Position numbers and translations under genes: made by a program
Shown here: positions 24,541 to 39,062 of the stretch, piece after piece
Position numbering within the stretch: the stretch's first letter is position 1
Layout of the letters: every line of letters begins with the position of its first letter
Assembly (NCBI RefSeq): GCF_009834535.1
Contig: NC_045696.1
Location: 96,970,001 to 97,034,000, forward strand
Direction: 5' to 3'
DNA length: 64,000 bases
Origin: Camelus ferus
Taxonomy: Eukaryota
Notes under the pieces: model-generated
The model's input: only the letters and a program-made list of their open reading frames with translations
What the model was told of the DNA's origin: nothing
The model's database searches: none

Positions 24541-25269
24541 AGGAGCCAGTCTTTCAGAGTTTAAGCAGGAGCCATCCTGAATTGACCTGGGTGAGTAGGA
24601 GACAACTGGAGGTGCTGGGTGTGTGTTGCTGAGCTAGCTTCTCCCGGCACACGCACCATGGGTTGGGGCCAAGTAACCACGAAGAGGAGAGCAAAATCAG
24701 CAATAGGGAGGCATCATGGGAAACCCAACGTGGGTCAGGTCGGCAGAGGAAGCGTATGTCTAGCTTCTGGTCTGCCTGAGACAGAGATAGCTCTCTAGGT
24801 GAGTTTGAGCAGGACTCTGGTTCCCTGCCTAGGTAGGAGGCTGGACCTTTCTCAACAGACACCAGTTGTAAGCTCTGATGGCCTGGAGGTGACTGGCAAA
24901 CATTGAACAGGGTCTTATAAGCAAAGGTCTCAGGGCAGGGGTCTGGAGGAAGCCTTTTTTAGCAGGGTGGCCCAGCCACTGTGTTGGGGCAGAGGGATGT
25001 CCAAGTAGATGTGTCTGAGGTCAGCCTCAGGGATTAAAAGGAGGCTGGAGGTCACGACTGCTGTAAAGGCTTCATTTCCTGGGGGCAAATTTGGCCAATT
25101 AAAGGAAGAGGGCCTTCCTGCCCCATAACTCCTGAGGTGGGGTGGGAGGCTTGTTAGGGGAAAGAGATACTGAGGGAGCAAGATTAAACATAGTTTAGTG
25201 TTTACCCCAAACAATCTGCTTCCCTTCTCTTCCCTTCCATCCCCCTCTCCCTCTCTTCCTTTTTTCCAA

Positions 25270-26050
25270 CACTTTTATTGATACAGGATTTATGTACCAT
25301 AAAATTCACCCATTAAAATGTACAATTCAGCAGTTTTTAGTATATTCAGAGTTGAGCAATCATTAGCACTAATTCCAGAAAGTTTTCATCACTCAAAAAA
25401 GAGAACATGTGCCTGTCAGTAAGTCAATCCCTATTCTCCACCTGCCTCCCATCCTGCCAGCACCCTCGTGACTATTAATCTACTTTCTGTGTCTATGGAT
25501 TTGCCTATTCTGGATATTTCATAGAAATGGAATCATACAGTATGTAGTCTTGTATGACTGGCTTCTTTCACTCAGCATAATGGTTTCAAGGTTCATCCAT
25601 GTTGTAGCATGTATCAACATTTCATTCCTTTTTGTGGTTGAATGACTTCCTGCTCTATAAATATACCATATTTTATCTGTCCATCTGGCAGTTGATAGAC
25701 AGTTAAGCTCTTTCCGCTCTTTTTTGGCTATTATGAATAATACTGCTGTGAACATCCATGTATAAGTGTTTGTGTGGACATATTTTCATTTCTCTTGGGA
25801 ATATACCTAGGAATAGAAATGCTGGGTTATATGGTATCTCTATGTTTAAGCTTCTGAGGAACTGCCAGACTGTTTTCCACGATGGCTGCACCATTTTACA
25901 TTTCCACCACTTTATGTGAGAATTCCCATTTCTCCACATCCCCGCCCAAAACTTACTGTCTGTCTTTTTTATTTAGTGGTTATGAAGTGGTACCTCCTTA
26001 CTGGCTTTGATTTGCATTTCTTTGATGACTAATGATGAAGAGCATCCCTA
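25270..26050 (-). mobile_element. L1MB-like 3' fragment
   Basis: 'ctactttctgtgtctatggatttgcctattctggatatttcatagaaatggaatcata', 'gaggaactgccagactgttttccacgatggctgcaccattttacatttccacca'. Confidence 0.93.
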
Positions 26051-26904
26051 CCTTTTCTTAAGAGCAAGCTGAGTGGCTCCTTCTTGTAGGAAACAGCATG
26101 GAGATCAAGCAGCTATTGAGGGAGGGGAGGGGAAGAGCCCTACTGCATCCCAGAATGGCTTCTGAGAAGAGATGGAGTTTGTGCTCAGTTATTCAGAGAA
26201 GGACTAGGAAGAATTGGAAAGGGGGTGTTCTGAACCCGCTGACAATTTGCTTCTGGTTTCCCAACTTGGGTTATACAAATTGTTGTTGTCTCTCCCAGGG
26301 TTGCAGGATGGAAGCTCCTACTCTAAGCGGAAAGTTGCTTTAAAAGGCAGGGTGGTTAATATGGTCAAATATTCAATAGTGTGCAGGCTGTTCCATTTAA
26401 CTTTGCTGGAAACAGGGTTTATGAACAAGGTCAAGAATTCATCAGGTGCCCTAGCAAGCCTTAGGCAAGAAGGACTTACTGTTTAGAGCTCCGGTTCCCA
26501 GCCTCTTGCTGAGTTCTCCTTTTCTGTGAGCGCAGACTGGTGATTAAAGACCCCAGATGGCTGGAATTAAGTTAGCAAAATGTTTCATGGCCATCTCTGT
26601 GGAACTAGATGGAACTGGCCCCTCTTCTTCCAGTACTTAAGCACCAAAGCCATCAAGGGGCTGCCTCGTTCCCTGCCCTTACCCCCGACCCACGACTCCC
26701 ACAGAGGAGAAAATGAACTATTTCACTACTGTGTTCTGTTTTTTTAAAAGCACTAAATTCACCGCTGCCTCCTCTCCCATAATTCCCACTTTTCCTTCTC
26801 TCCAGCCATAAAATGAGGTAGTAGATTTGAGATCTTCTGAAATCCTGGTTTAAGTGCTCTTCACAAGGAATTCTCTTTGGGCTAGTTCAGGGAACTAGGG
26901 AGGA

Positions 26905-26942
26905 AAAAAACAAACAAACAAACAAACAAACAAACAAAAAAA
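26905..26942. repeat. (AAAC)n microsatellite
   Basis: Directly visible. Confidence 0.9.
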
Positions 26943-29160
26943 CCTCCCCGTATGCCTGGGAAGAATAGGGAAAGATGAGAATGTCTCCTTCCACTCTGGC
27001 AGGGAGAACTCTCCAGGAAGAAGCAATAACCCACGGCTCTGCTGGCTGTTCTTTGAAGTGGGAGAACCTGGTATTTTCTGAAAAACCACCACCATTTCAA
27101 ATAGCATTCTAATAGCCCTCTGATGGGGAAGTTGGGGCAGGGGGCTGGGGGGCCTGTAGGAGGTTAGGAGCTGGCCTGCAGAGGGAACAGCCAGTTGTCT
27201 GAAAGATCTGCTCCTTCGAAATGCCTGGAATTTTTTTCTTCAAAGAACTGCTAAGTGAAATCTGGCTTTCAGGTATGAAAACTTCACCACATTTTCAGCA
27301 GCTTTCCCAGCTTGTGTGGAGACCACGCATGTACTTATAAAAATAATAATCTGTAATATCTGTCACATTCTGTGTCTGTTCCGGGTAAATTCCCAGCCAT
27401 GAAAGGTATGAGTCATGCTCTGTGGAGAAGGGAGTTGGCTGAATCTCTCACTTTGTTGGTCAAAGATGAGGAATAAAGGTGCAAGGGATTATTTTAAAAG
27501 TCAGGAAAGGAAGTGGACACGTATATATGTTGCAACTTGGGATCCAGGGATTTCCCGATGTGCTCTTGTATGACCTGGGAGGAAAATAAAAGAGGACAAG
27601 GAAAAGAACTTTCCTCTGGAGTTGTTCTTGGGTGGGTGGGAGGTGGGGTGGGGAGGAAGGACCAATGGTATCAGGAGAACATATCTTGTTCTAATGACTA
27701 GTATTCTGATGGTGAAATGAATGGTTCAATCCCTAAAATAGCTCCCAAGCTGTACATTTTCCTAGAACCAAAAAGTTATTTTCAATCTAAGATTTTTAAA
27801 AAAAATCTCTTTTTTTTTTCCAAATGTGTACCCCAAACACCAACAGTTGACTATTAACTTCTCTTGTTTGGGTGAAGGGATGGAAAAGGACAGGATGGAA
27901 AAGGGGCAGTGGAGAAGCTGCAACCAATTTGTAATATAGGTGTGGTCCAGGAATCCAGAAATCAAAGATGTTCCTGGTCATTACCCTGTTATAATTAATC
28001 CTTTTGAATTCTTAGAAACATTAAGATAATTTACATAAAAAATTTTCTTCATCTAACTCACCTTGTTAATGTACTTGCTGGAGGGAATCCATAGTCTCAC
28101 TGGAAGTTAATGAGTTCTTAGACTGAAAATTGGAGTGTGTGTAACATATTTGTAGAATTTAGCAGGACTATGTGGGAGGTTAGAATGCTGTAACTATACT
28201 GATTATCTAAAAATAAAACTATTTACATGCCAAAATTGATATAAAAGCATTCCTCTGCATGAATAAGAAAATAAACAGTATTCTGAAAGAGGCTGTATAG
28301 TTAATTGGTAAAGAATTGTTTCACTGAGAAAGACATAAATGGATATGTAATATCTTCCATTGAAATCCAAGCCATTTTTGTTTTGCAAATGAGATTCAGA
28401 AAATTAAACAAATTTACATAATTGCCAATGCATATACTTAAAAATCATAAAAAGATATGTTAAGTTGCTCATATATGTCCATTATAAATACAGTCAGTGA
28501 CCATAGTTTTAAAACCAAAAGCAGGACACATAGTCTGCCAAACAGTATTATACAATCATTCATTTTGCATGCATCACTTGAGTGCCTACTGTGTGCCAGG
28601 TACTGTACTAGTTTCTGGGTCTATAATGATGAGCTAGAGAGTCATAGAGGGTGATCATAGAGCAGAACATTTAAAATTGAAACTGCCTCAGAAAATACAG
28701 ATGACTGATTGCTGTAATTGTACATCGTGACTCATTGGATATTACAAATTTTGCTGTGTCCTTTGATTGAATTTAATGAGTAACTTTTCCAATGTGACAA
28801 AATGTCAGTATTTATACATAGGTTTCCACACGTGGTTTATGGGCTTTCGTTAATGTTAAGTCCCTGAAGCCTGCAATTTAGAAATGGCTTACATTCCAGA
28901 ACTTTGTTTACTAAGTCACTTGTTCAGTGGTTGGTTTCCAAAGCCAATCAACAAAAACCTATTTAATCTAAAAAAGTAGCTGAAACAAGGCACCGGCCGT
29001 ATAATTAAAACTAACCACTAGGTTTAACACTGTGTCTAAGGTTGAGGGCATGCAAAGTTCACTTTGTGATTCCAGAAGCACGTTTGTCCTAGAAGCAGCA
29101 TGCAGATGGAGTGGGTACTTTCCCCTAATTCCGAGATAATCAAGGCAGCTATCACCTAAA

Positions 29161-29330
29161 CAGGGGCAGGGCCAGGTTTGTGGTGGCCTGCAGCTTATAA
29201 CATGTGGGGGCCTTCTCTAAGAAAAAGATACACTGATATGAATACCAATTAAACATGGGACCTTGGAAGAGAGCTGTGTGAAGACCCCTGGAGTTTAAGC
29301 TTCATTGGCATCTCAGTAAATCTGCTCCTA
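29161..29330. mobile_element. Short hAT (Tip100-like) MITE
   Basis: Starts 'caggggcagggccagg', ends 'ttaagcttcattggcatctcagtaaatctgctcct' (degenerate terminal inverted repeats). Confidence 0.6.
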
Positions 29331-30617
29331 CGCCTGTGATGGGTAGGATAATGGTAACAAGTAATGGGTGGGAGATTGGGCAGAGGCGGTGAAGATGAGT
29401 GGGGAGCAGTTAAAGGACTAACAGGGATAGACACCAGGACCTTCATAAGGTCAATGCACGAAGATGGGACATTGGGGTTGCTTGTTCCCATGTCAGGGAT
29501 AGTGTGGCTAGTCAGGGCTAAGGGTACCTTGTTGGAGAGGCAGGCCTTTAGGGTGGCAAGAGGGGGCCGTATGTGGGACATTACCAGGGTCAGTGAAAGG
29601 ATAGGTGGCATTGGCCCAAAGGCTAAAAGATGAGAGATGAGGATGGGGACAGATTCTACAGCTGAAGTGGGATGGAGTTCAGGAAGTCAGCTTCACTCCA
29701 TATTGATGTGTTTAGAAGGTAGAAGGACTGGGTCAGCATGAAAGAAGGGGTTTTTGAGGGAAGAACGGAAATACATTCTCACCTGCAGCAGGTGGAGGAA
29801 AGAAGTGACAGGGTGCAGGGGTGGTGAGGAAGGGCGGGGTCCCACCGCGTCCAGAAGGGCAGTGATGTGAGACCCATGCGTAAGTCAGAAGCCTTGCGTC
29901 AGGCACTGCCTGTCATCATGAAGAATGATAAAGCTCACCCCAGGCCAGAATGTAATTTGGATAAATTATGAATTGAGAAAACCCAATCATTTCAGTTGAG
30001 TTATAGCTATTTGTTAGCAAACTCTCATGAACTTATAAATCAGTAGTCGTTAGGCTTAGGTTAGACTTTAGTGAGTACCCTGAGGTGACAAGAGAGACGC
30101 AGAGGATCTTTAAATAAAGGCCACTGGCTTGGTCAAGAATAATTCCTTCCTGAGGAACAGGGGAAATGGGATTTTGATTTCTTATGCTAGAACTGCTTGA
30201 AACAAAGCCAGTTGAGAAATGGAGAGTCTGTATTTGACTCCATATAATCATTCCCCACTAAAATCCCTGTTAGGAAGAAGCTCCGAATCTGAATTTACAT
30301 AGCTCAGCCAGTGACTGACGGAAAAGTCTGACCAGAGGAGTTTCCACGTTTAATGCCCTATGTTTTGGTTCTGAAAAGAATGCAGAAGCTATTATTCCCA
30401 AGTAGGTAGCTACAAATAGTGTCACTGAAAAAGCCATCTACAGCATTGGGCAATGTAAGGAATGGCAGTTGTGAAATATAGGGGTGGAGTGCAAAAAAAC
30501 TACATGCTCCGTGTGTTTGGAGTTCTGCAATCTGAATCCAAGATCATATACTCTACAAAAGAGTCCTGAGGGCAAGGGACTGCAAAGCAAGAAAATAGAA
30601 AATGTGTACTAGTGAAG

Positions 30618-31080
30618 TGTATCAGTCAGGCTCTTTGACCAGAAAAACAGAAGCCATTCCAGGTTTATCCAACAGAGGAAATTTAATATAGAGAATTGGA
30701 ATCATAGGCAATGGAAGCACTGAGAAGGCAAACATGGCACACAGAGAGGAATTCCAGAGGTTAGCAACAAGAGGAAGCTGCTCGCGTCTTAACACTGGAG
30801 AGACAATCGGAGGAAGTGGCATTATCAGAGTCCAGGAACCAGGGTCATTCAGTGGGAACCAGAACCATAGTAGAGGCTTCCCCACTGGAGCTGAGACCAT
30901 GTAACTGGTGCTGGAAATAACTCAGGGAATAGAGAAAAATACCCTGATTGGTTTCTTTCTTCCTTTCATTCTTTACTCTAGTGCTGTTGCCTTCCATTGG
31001 TTGAAAGTAGGTGGAAACCAGAGATCAAAGAAGCCTGACCAGTGTAGTCTCCTACAACCAAAACAGAGTACTGGATTCAT
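30618..31080 (-). mobile_element. ERVL solo LTR, LTR33-like
   Basis: 'tgtatcagtcaggctctttgaccagaaaaacagaagccattccaggtttatccaacagaggaaatttaatatagagaattgg' matches the reverse complement of an LTR33-type 3' end. Confidence 0.65.
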
Positions 31081-32444
31081 AGGAGAGCAAACTGGATGTG
31101 GACTGCACGTTGCAAAACATTTAAATTTTGTATAATACAGAACATTACCAAACTACCTTGGAATTCGTAACTCTCATATTATCAGCCATGTATGATTTCC
31201 AGAAAGTGACTAGAAAATGTTACCATATCCCCAATGAAATGCCTGAACTTAACTTTCACTCTTTTTAATATAAAAATTATTTTTGAAAATGAAATACAAG
31301 GGTATAAAACAAAAATTCAAAAGTTACGTTAAGTATAGGAGGTGAAAAGCCTCAGCCACGCCTCACTGCCCCTGGCCACTTGATTCTCTCTCTCTCTCTT
31401 TTTAAACCCCATACATCCTTTTTATTGTTAAGTCATAAAGAGGTATCAAAATTAAAAGCAAAAATTACAGGGTATAACTTAACATAACTACTAGGCAACC
31501 TCCCTGACCAGTTATTTTGTGTACGCTTTCATGTACGTATACATCTATGTCTACATTTATATGTGTGTCTACCTATGTGTACATCTATATGCATATCCAT
31601 ATGTTAATCTATAGCCATCATTTTTCTATATGTGGAAGATAAATATGACCCCTATGCAAATGGCAGCATACTATAGGCACTGCTCTGCTGACCTACACTT
31701 TAGCACCAATGGGCACTTACTAATTGAATACCAAAGATATCTTTTCTCTTTGGAAATAAAATGGGTGTGCCCATTGGGTCAGATGTGTACCCAGATGATG
31801 AAGAGCTATAAATCATAAGGCTTGCAGACATCCAATGTTCAACTAGTCATACAAAGAATTCTCCAAGGCAGTAATTCAGCAGACGTTTTGTCAGGTCTGT
31901 CAGAATGATTCAAGGCTATGGAATGACTCATTGGGGCTTGAGTTAAATAATCTTAGCTTAATAATATCACTTGGAGCAAAGGTAAGTCGAAGATTTAAAT
32001 CCTGGTAGCTCAGTATTTCATCTGGACACTGACAGAGTAATTCTCTGTCTAGCAACAGTGTCAGGGTCAAAAAGAAAAATCCCCAGGTGTCTCATATTGT
32101 ACACCAAGATAATGTCCACATGGTTAAAGAATTTGCATATATGTATATGTTTATGTACATGTATATATACACACACAAGTACATATATTCACACATATTA
32201 CATATGTACACTGGAAGGAAATACATTTGAAAATTTCTCACATCTCTAGGGCAGGGTTAACTTATAAGCTTAGAAATGATAGAAGAAATTACAAAGATAA
32301 AAAATTGAATTAATTATAAGAACTTTAATATGTTCTGTACATAAAAACACAAGAACACAAAAAATAATACACTGGGAAAATACTTTAAACAGATATGGCA
32401 GATAAAAGGATGATACCTTAACTATATAACATATGCATGTGAGG

Positions 32445-32645
32445 TCAGATAATGTGGTGAGACCAAGAGCCTTAGCCCTGATGTGGGTCTTCCCATGATG
32501 GGAACCACTTAGGCCTTAGTTTCTTTATCTGTAAAATGGTGGCAACAGTTATCGGGGCTTTGTGAGGTTGCATTGTGAGATGTCTTTATAGTATTTAGCA
32601 CAGTGCCAATTGATAAACAGTAGGATTTGCTATTATTGTTACTAC
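32445..32645 (+). mobile_element. MIR
   Basis: 'gccttagtttctttatctgtaaaatgg...tgtgaggtt...atttagcacagtgcc...gctattattgtt'. Confidence 0.75.
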
Positions 32646-35279
32646 TAATAAAAGAAGTTAGATAAATAAATGGAGGAAAGACTGGAACAATCAATTCACC
32701 AGCGGCAATGAATAAACTAACACAAGGGAAATGTTCAAATTTATAATTTATTCCAAAAATACATTGTTCAACTTTTGCCAAAATAGTTTAAAAAATTAAC
32801 ACCCAATACTAATGAGGACAGAGTGAAACCAAAACACTTTTTTTTTGTGGCAATAATATTAGAACTATCCTTTGGAAAATAAAATTGGCAATGTATATTA
32901 TGAGCCAAAAAATGTTTAAATTCTTGTTTAACGTGATAATTTTGCTACTTAGAATTTTTCTCAAAGATGTGATCCAAAGAGATAATATATTATAAACTTA
33001 CTCGTTTCTGTAATAAGTTATTTATGAATAAAGTCCAAAGCAGCCAATATGTGTAATTACCTTCTGGTACAATGATTAAATGTAAATGCATCAATACCAC
33101 GATACCAGATGATAGATATTTGCATCAGAATGGAAACTCATATACTATGGTTATCTAGTTTATACTAAAAATATAATATTTAAAATTAAATGATTATGTA
33201 TCAACATTCTTACTAATTTTCCATCTTGTATGTTTTCCACATATTTAGGCCCATATTAAAAGCCTAGAAAACAATATGCAGAAGTAAAAATAGTTGTCTT
33301 TGGGTGATCCAGTTGTGAGTGATCATTTTTCTTTCTCTCTTTTTCAGTCCTTTAGCATTTCTTTAAAGTGGCTTTTTAATTACAAAAGCAATGCATGCTT
33401 ATTGTTTAAAAAAAACAGGTCAACATTGCACAGGTATCTAAAGAAGAAGTAAATGTGCTCCAATCGTCCCTGCCTCTGATTTTCTCCTCTCCCGTCTCTG
33501 TTTTCTCCCATCAAACCTCACTTCTTTCTTCAGAGATGACCATTTAGGAATATATCCTCCTGGATTCTTCTTTTACACACACGTATGCATTTGCAAGAGG
33601 ACCACACACATCTTTTCTTATGTTAGTGGGATTCCTACTATTCCCTAACTGGCTGTTTCAGCTTCATCTCTCTCTCTCTCTCTCTATCTCTGTGTGTGTA
33701 TATTATCTAATGCTTTGTCAGTTCAAATAGAATTGTCTTACTATTTTTAATGAATACATTGTATTCCATAATATGGGCATACACCAGTTTGTTTAAGCAA
33801 CTCGCTAGTAATGATTTTTTTGGTGTAGTTTCCAATTTTTTTGCCGTTGGAGACATTGCTGCAATCTTGTACTCTTCCTAGGTATCCGCAAGTGTTTCTA
33901 TAGGATAGATTCCTAGAACAAAATTGCTGGGTCAAAGATTCAACATCCTTTGAATTTGCATATTTAAATTTCTGCTAGTTACTCCGTATTGTGGAAAGAA
34001 TTTATCAACTTATATTTCCAAGAGATTTTTTGTTTAAAGAAAGTAGAAACAGAAGTCCCATGAAACCAATATAAGACACAATTGTATGTGCCTACATCCA
34101 AGTGATCTTCACCCTAGAAGTAGGTCGTTTAATTTTGGTTTTACTCTTTCAGAGATCCTCATGTGTTTGGCTCACTCATGATTCTACCATCTCCCATGCC
34201 CCATTGTTTTAAAAAGAATATTTGTGACTATCATCCGTTCAGAATGCCCATTTCTGGGCTAGGTCCTAGAAATGGAAATGAATTGGCTGGAGCATGTTCA
34301 AGATTGATAGCTTTGTAAATTAAGCTAATTTCTACACCCTGTTTCGGGGCGTGGTTGTGCCGTTGCGTTGGCACTGACATCTAGTCTGTGCTCCACTCAC
34401 CAAAGAACCTGTGCCCTGGGTGCAGGTAGGGGAGGGCAGAGTTCACCCAGAGGAAATAGCTCCTTTTCAAGTTCAAAGTGCCTTGGAGTTTCAGCTGCCC
34501 TCATCATTCTTAGTTAAAAATTTCTTTATTTTACTGATTCTTTAGCCTTTATTTAACTGATTTTATGGATAGAGCTCATCCTATTAAAAGGATAATAATT
34601 TTATATTAACAATTAGCCCTAGAATTTAAAATATAAGTACCGTTCAAGCATAGTTGAGAATTTGGCTGAGGTGAGAAAACGTTCTGGTGAGCTAAGGACC
34701 CCAATGAGCATTCAAACCATTAGATAAAGAACTATAATTGAAAATACAGACAGTCTGATTATTTCCATATCATTGATAGACTTTGGACAATTAGAAAAAT
34801 TAACTCCGACAGATATACTTGCAAGTAATGAAATAAGATGGAGCTAAGATACACTGAGCATATAAATGCTATAGCTGTTGAGTATGGTTCCAATGTTAAA
34901 TCTTTTTATTTTTTCTCAAGTCCTAATTGAGATATTTTCCAGCAGATATAATTGTTGCCATACAATGGATGTTAAACAATATATGTCACCTCATCTGTAA
35001 TTAGGCACAAGTAATAAGAATTTCAGTGGTTAGCTGTCTGATAAGTTGTGGATGGTCTTCTAATTTAGGAAGCCATCTACATTACTCTTCACATTGTTTA
35101 AACTGGAACATACACAGTGTGTTTGCAAAAGCAGTCAGTAGTGAACAATTAAATGAAAACATGGAGCATAGAGATGAAGAAATGGTGTACACAGATTGGG
35201 TAAGGATCTCACAAAAGTCTTAGCATGAGTTAATCTCATGGGCCCAAATAGCTTCAAAAGAGATTAGGTTAGACCTGTA

Positions 35280-35420
35280 GAAAGGGAGGAGGAAAGGAAG
35301 GAAGGGAAGAAGGAAGGGAGTGAGGGGAGGAATAAGAGAGGGGTAAGGGTTGAGCAAAGGCAGGAGCAAAGAAGAAAGAAGGAAGAGGTAAGGACAGACT
35401 TACTGAGAGAAGGAAGGGGT
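35280..35420. repeat. GA-rich low-complexity tract
   Basis: Directly visible purine run. Confidence 0.8.
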
Positions 35421-35634
35421 TACCTGGAGTTTCCAGGCTAAGGACATCATCTTTTGGCGATATCTTTATGGAGGCACAGTAAGAGCAGCATATCTGGGGG
35501 TGATTCCCTGGTTAACTGAGGGTAGTCTACATGTTTTTATCTAGGAAAATATAAACCTGAGGTTAAACCCCAGATCACGATAAGATGCCCATCACTTAGC
35601 AATATACAAGACAAGGAGCTCAGTTGCAATGACA

Positions 35635-35865
35635 GTAAAAATAGTTAACATTCATGAGGTCTTTATGGTGAACCGGAAACTGTACTAAGTGCTTGTACAC
35701 GTTGGGTAATGCAGTCTGGACAATATGCCCTTTGAAGTAGATGTGGACTTGTATTTATTATCCTTATTATACAGTTGCAGAATCTGAAAAACAGAGAAGT
35801 CAAGGAACTCGCCCACGGTCAACTAGCTAGGCAATGGCAGTCACGGAGACATTTTGACTCCCATG
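35635..35865 (-). mobile_element. MIR
   Basis: 'ttattatccttattatacagttgcagaatctgaaaaacagagaagtcaaggaactcgcccacggtcaactagctag'. Confidence 0.75.
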
Positions 35866-38264
35866 CAGATTTATTATACGGTATCCCCATCCCAAGGACA
35901 TTCTAACCTTTAATATACTCAAGGAGCAAGCTGGACCCATTCACCTACTACGGCTTCCCTTCTCCATGAACATAAACTACATGTGACATCACCTTGGAAG
36001 GATAGCTTTGAGCTGTACCGCTTCTGTGCATGTGGCAGCCTGCTTAGCATTCTGCAGCCTCCGAGACCCTTTGCCGGAACATCAAAGCAGATTTCGCGCT
36101 CCTGGGAAAGAACCATCCTCCCTCAATCACAGAGGTCAGTGGAAACACTGTGAGTCTATAATCCATGACACACAGTGAGGGAGGAAATGACTTTATCTGT
36201 GGGGCTGAGGCCCAGTGATAAGGAGCAGTATAAACGGGGTTTTTTTCTTTCTTCATGGTTGGCAGGAGACCAATCGAGCTGCCATCAGCTCCTCCCATGG
36301 TGAGAGACTTAAAAAAAAAAAAAGCTATCTCAGCCAGCAGGTAGAGTATGGGAAGTGACCGACCTGCACAGCCTTCTGCCAGGTACGTTATACACGGACT
36401 GCCTCTAGCAGTCCCTTTTGCGGGAGCTGTGTGTTTCCCTTTCTCTTAATATTTTCTTAATATTCTCGGATGGACAGTAAACTGTTAATGTGGTACAATG
36501 CCCGCTCCACGGAGAAGGGCTTAATTCTGAATGGTCTCCCCTCCTCCTTTAGGCTAGGATGCCTGTGGGTCAACATTTGAGATACACTTAGACTGGATGC
36601 AGCTGAACAAGGGAGTACCTTGCTACGAGCTAGTGATCTGGAAAATGTTCACGACGCCTTGTTAAGTGAAAACAGCAGCTTATAAAACAGCAATACACTT
36701 GAAATATGCACAGAAAAGCCTGAAAGAGTAGATACCACAAAGTTTACAGTGGGTACCTCTGGAAGGTGGGAATACGAGTGATTTCTTTCTCATTTTATTT
36801 TTTATTCAAGCATTATTTATTGAGTGGTTAGCATGATCGAGGCATAATAAATTCTCAAGAATTTTCTTTTATGTTTTAAGACACACATGATCTATGAATA
36901 TCTGTTTCTTTTGTAATAAGAAGTAAGCTATTTTTTCAAAGTCTACCTCGTACCTATTAAGAAAAGTTTTACCTTCTTCGAAGAAAATCCAATGCACAAA
37001 AATCCCCAACTTACATACAAATAAACTAGGAAATGACCATTCATTTTACAAATGAGATCACCACATGGTTCTTTTAAATAGAATGCTCTCTAGCACTCAA
37101 TATTCGATTCAGTTTGCAAGAACTTGCCTCACTAATGAGGGAAATGTAAATTCAAACTTTGTATATTGGGTTGAAATTAACAGGCCTTTTGGTTTAGCTT
37201 TTTAATCCAAGTTAGAACCAATAAAAGTGAAAAGTAAACTAAGCTGATGAAACGTTCTTGTCGGTGGACCACAGAGACACAGATTCTGTGCACGTAGCAG
37301 AGGCGCCCTCCTGCCTCCCAGCATCTCTAACAGGCTCGGCAGGCTGGACTGGCTGCAGGGCCCTCTGCTGCTCCTGCCCCACCTCCCAACCATTCCCCCT
37401 GCTCCTATAAGCCTGGTTCCTTCCTTTCATTTTTATTGCCTACATTGGAGGCCAGTGGGCTGATGGCATGGCCTAACGCTGGTGCACAAAGAATAGAATA
37501 AAATGACCTCACCATTATCAAAGTTAACCATAGGATCTGAGCATCAATCGGAATGGGTTTTCTGTGGTCCAAGAAGCCACAGGAGGCCTTGGGGAGAAGG
37601 AAGTGTGTGTGTTGGGTGCTGAGACCCCGTACTCTACTCCTAAGGGGATGGAAACAGTAAAGCGTTGAGGGGTAGAAACAAGGGTCCCCTTGTAACCAAG
37701 AGCAGTAGGGAGGAGAGGCAGACCAGGACCAGTGTGCCCTGGAGAGTGCCTTGGGGGTGCCTGTTAGACGTCATTTCTCTCCGGGTCTTATCGTGTGGCA
37801 GGCACCAGGCTAGCGTGGCAGATACCACTGCTGTGCCTCTCAAGTGGCTCCCAGGGCAGGGCAAGGTAAAGCTTATACAAGTACACACATCCCATACCTC
37901 TGGAGGGAGTAAGCTGAGGGCTGTGTGTGAGAGAGGAGTGTGAACAGAAAGTCTGAATATATGTAGGAGCCTTTTTGTGGGAGGAAAATGTTTCCCAGAT
38001 TGGATGGCATTCAAAGGGGTCAAGGATTTGACAGGCAGAGGAGGGGAGAGGGATATCAGTGGATGCACCAACCTGAGCAAAAGCACAGAGCTAAGAAAAC
38101 TTATGTGCTCCGGTCTGGTGAGAGTGAGAACGGAGACACCATCTGTGCCCATGGAAGGGAGATGCCAGCTATACCATTCATAGTTTGTGTTTTGTTTGGT
38201 TTTGCCAAACTACAGAAAAAGATATATGTCTCATGAGCATCTTTTTTGTTCTTTACTTTTTTAA

Positions 38265-38680
38265 GTGTTTTTTTTTTTAGTATATTTCCTAAGTTGTGCA
38301 ACTATCACCACTATCTAATTGCAGAATACTTTCAACACCCCAAAAAGAAACCCCTTACCTGCTGGCAGTCTCTCCTCTCTCTCTAACCACTGGCAATTAC
38401 TAATCTACTTTCTGTCTCTATGAATTTGTCTATTCTGGACATTTTATCTAAATGGTAGATTTTATATAACATGTGGCCTTTGGTGTCAGACTTCTTTCAC
38501 TTTTACAGGTTCATCCATTTTGTAGCATCTATCAGAGCTTCATCCCTGTTTATGGTCAAATAACATCCCACTGTATGGATATACCACATTTTGTTGATCA
38601 TTCATCTGTGAATGGACATTTGGGTTGTTTTCACCTTTTGGCTATTGTGAATAACACTGCTATGAACATTTGTTTACCTA
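38265..38680 (-). mobile_element. L1MB-like 3' fragment
   Basis: 'ctaatctactttctgtctctatgaatttgtctattctggacatttt', 'atggacatttgggttgttttcaccttttggctattgtgaataacactgctatgaacatt'. Confidence 0.9.
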
Positions 38681-38688
38681 TAGGCATC

Positions 38689-39062
38689 TGTCTTAGTCAG
38701 TTCAGGCTGCTGTTTAGAAAACGATATACTTATAAACAACAGAAATTGATTTCTTATAGTTCTGGAGTCTAGAGGTCCAAGATCAGGGTGTCAGCATGGT
38801 TGGGTTCCAGTGAGGACCTCTTCTGGGTTGCAGACTGTCATCTTCTTGTGCCCTCAAGTGGCAAAAAAAGAACTAGAGAGCTTTCTGGGGTCTTTTTATA
38901 AGGGCACTAATTCCATTCATGAGGGCTCCAACCCCATGACCAAATCACCTCCCAAAGACCCCACTTTCTAATACCATCACTTCGGGGGTTAGGATTTCAA
39001 CACATGAATTTGTTTTGTGGGAATCGGGGGAGCAGTGGGGAACAGACTTTCAGTTCATAACA
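38689..39062 (-). mobile_element. MaLR solo LTR, MLT1A0-like, with perfect 5-bp TSD
   Basis: tg...ca termini ('tgtcttagtcagttcaggctgc' ... 'cagttcataaca'). TSD GCATC at 38684-38688 and 39063-39067. Confidence 0.93.

Noticed and set aside
29249..29633. 120-aa and 89-aa ORFs
   Set aside because: Purine-skewed sequence, probably an ancient LINE remnant; no domain similarity recognised.
37640..38152. 170-aa minus-strand ORF
   Set aside because: No recognisable homology or exon structure; compatible with chance in moderately GC-rich DNA.
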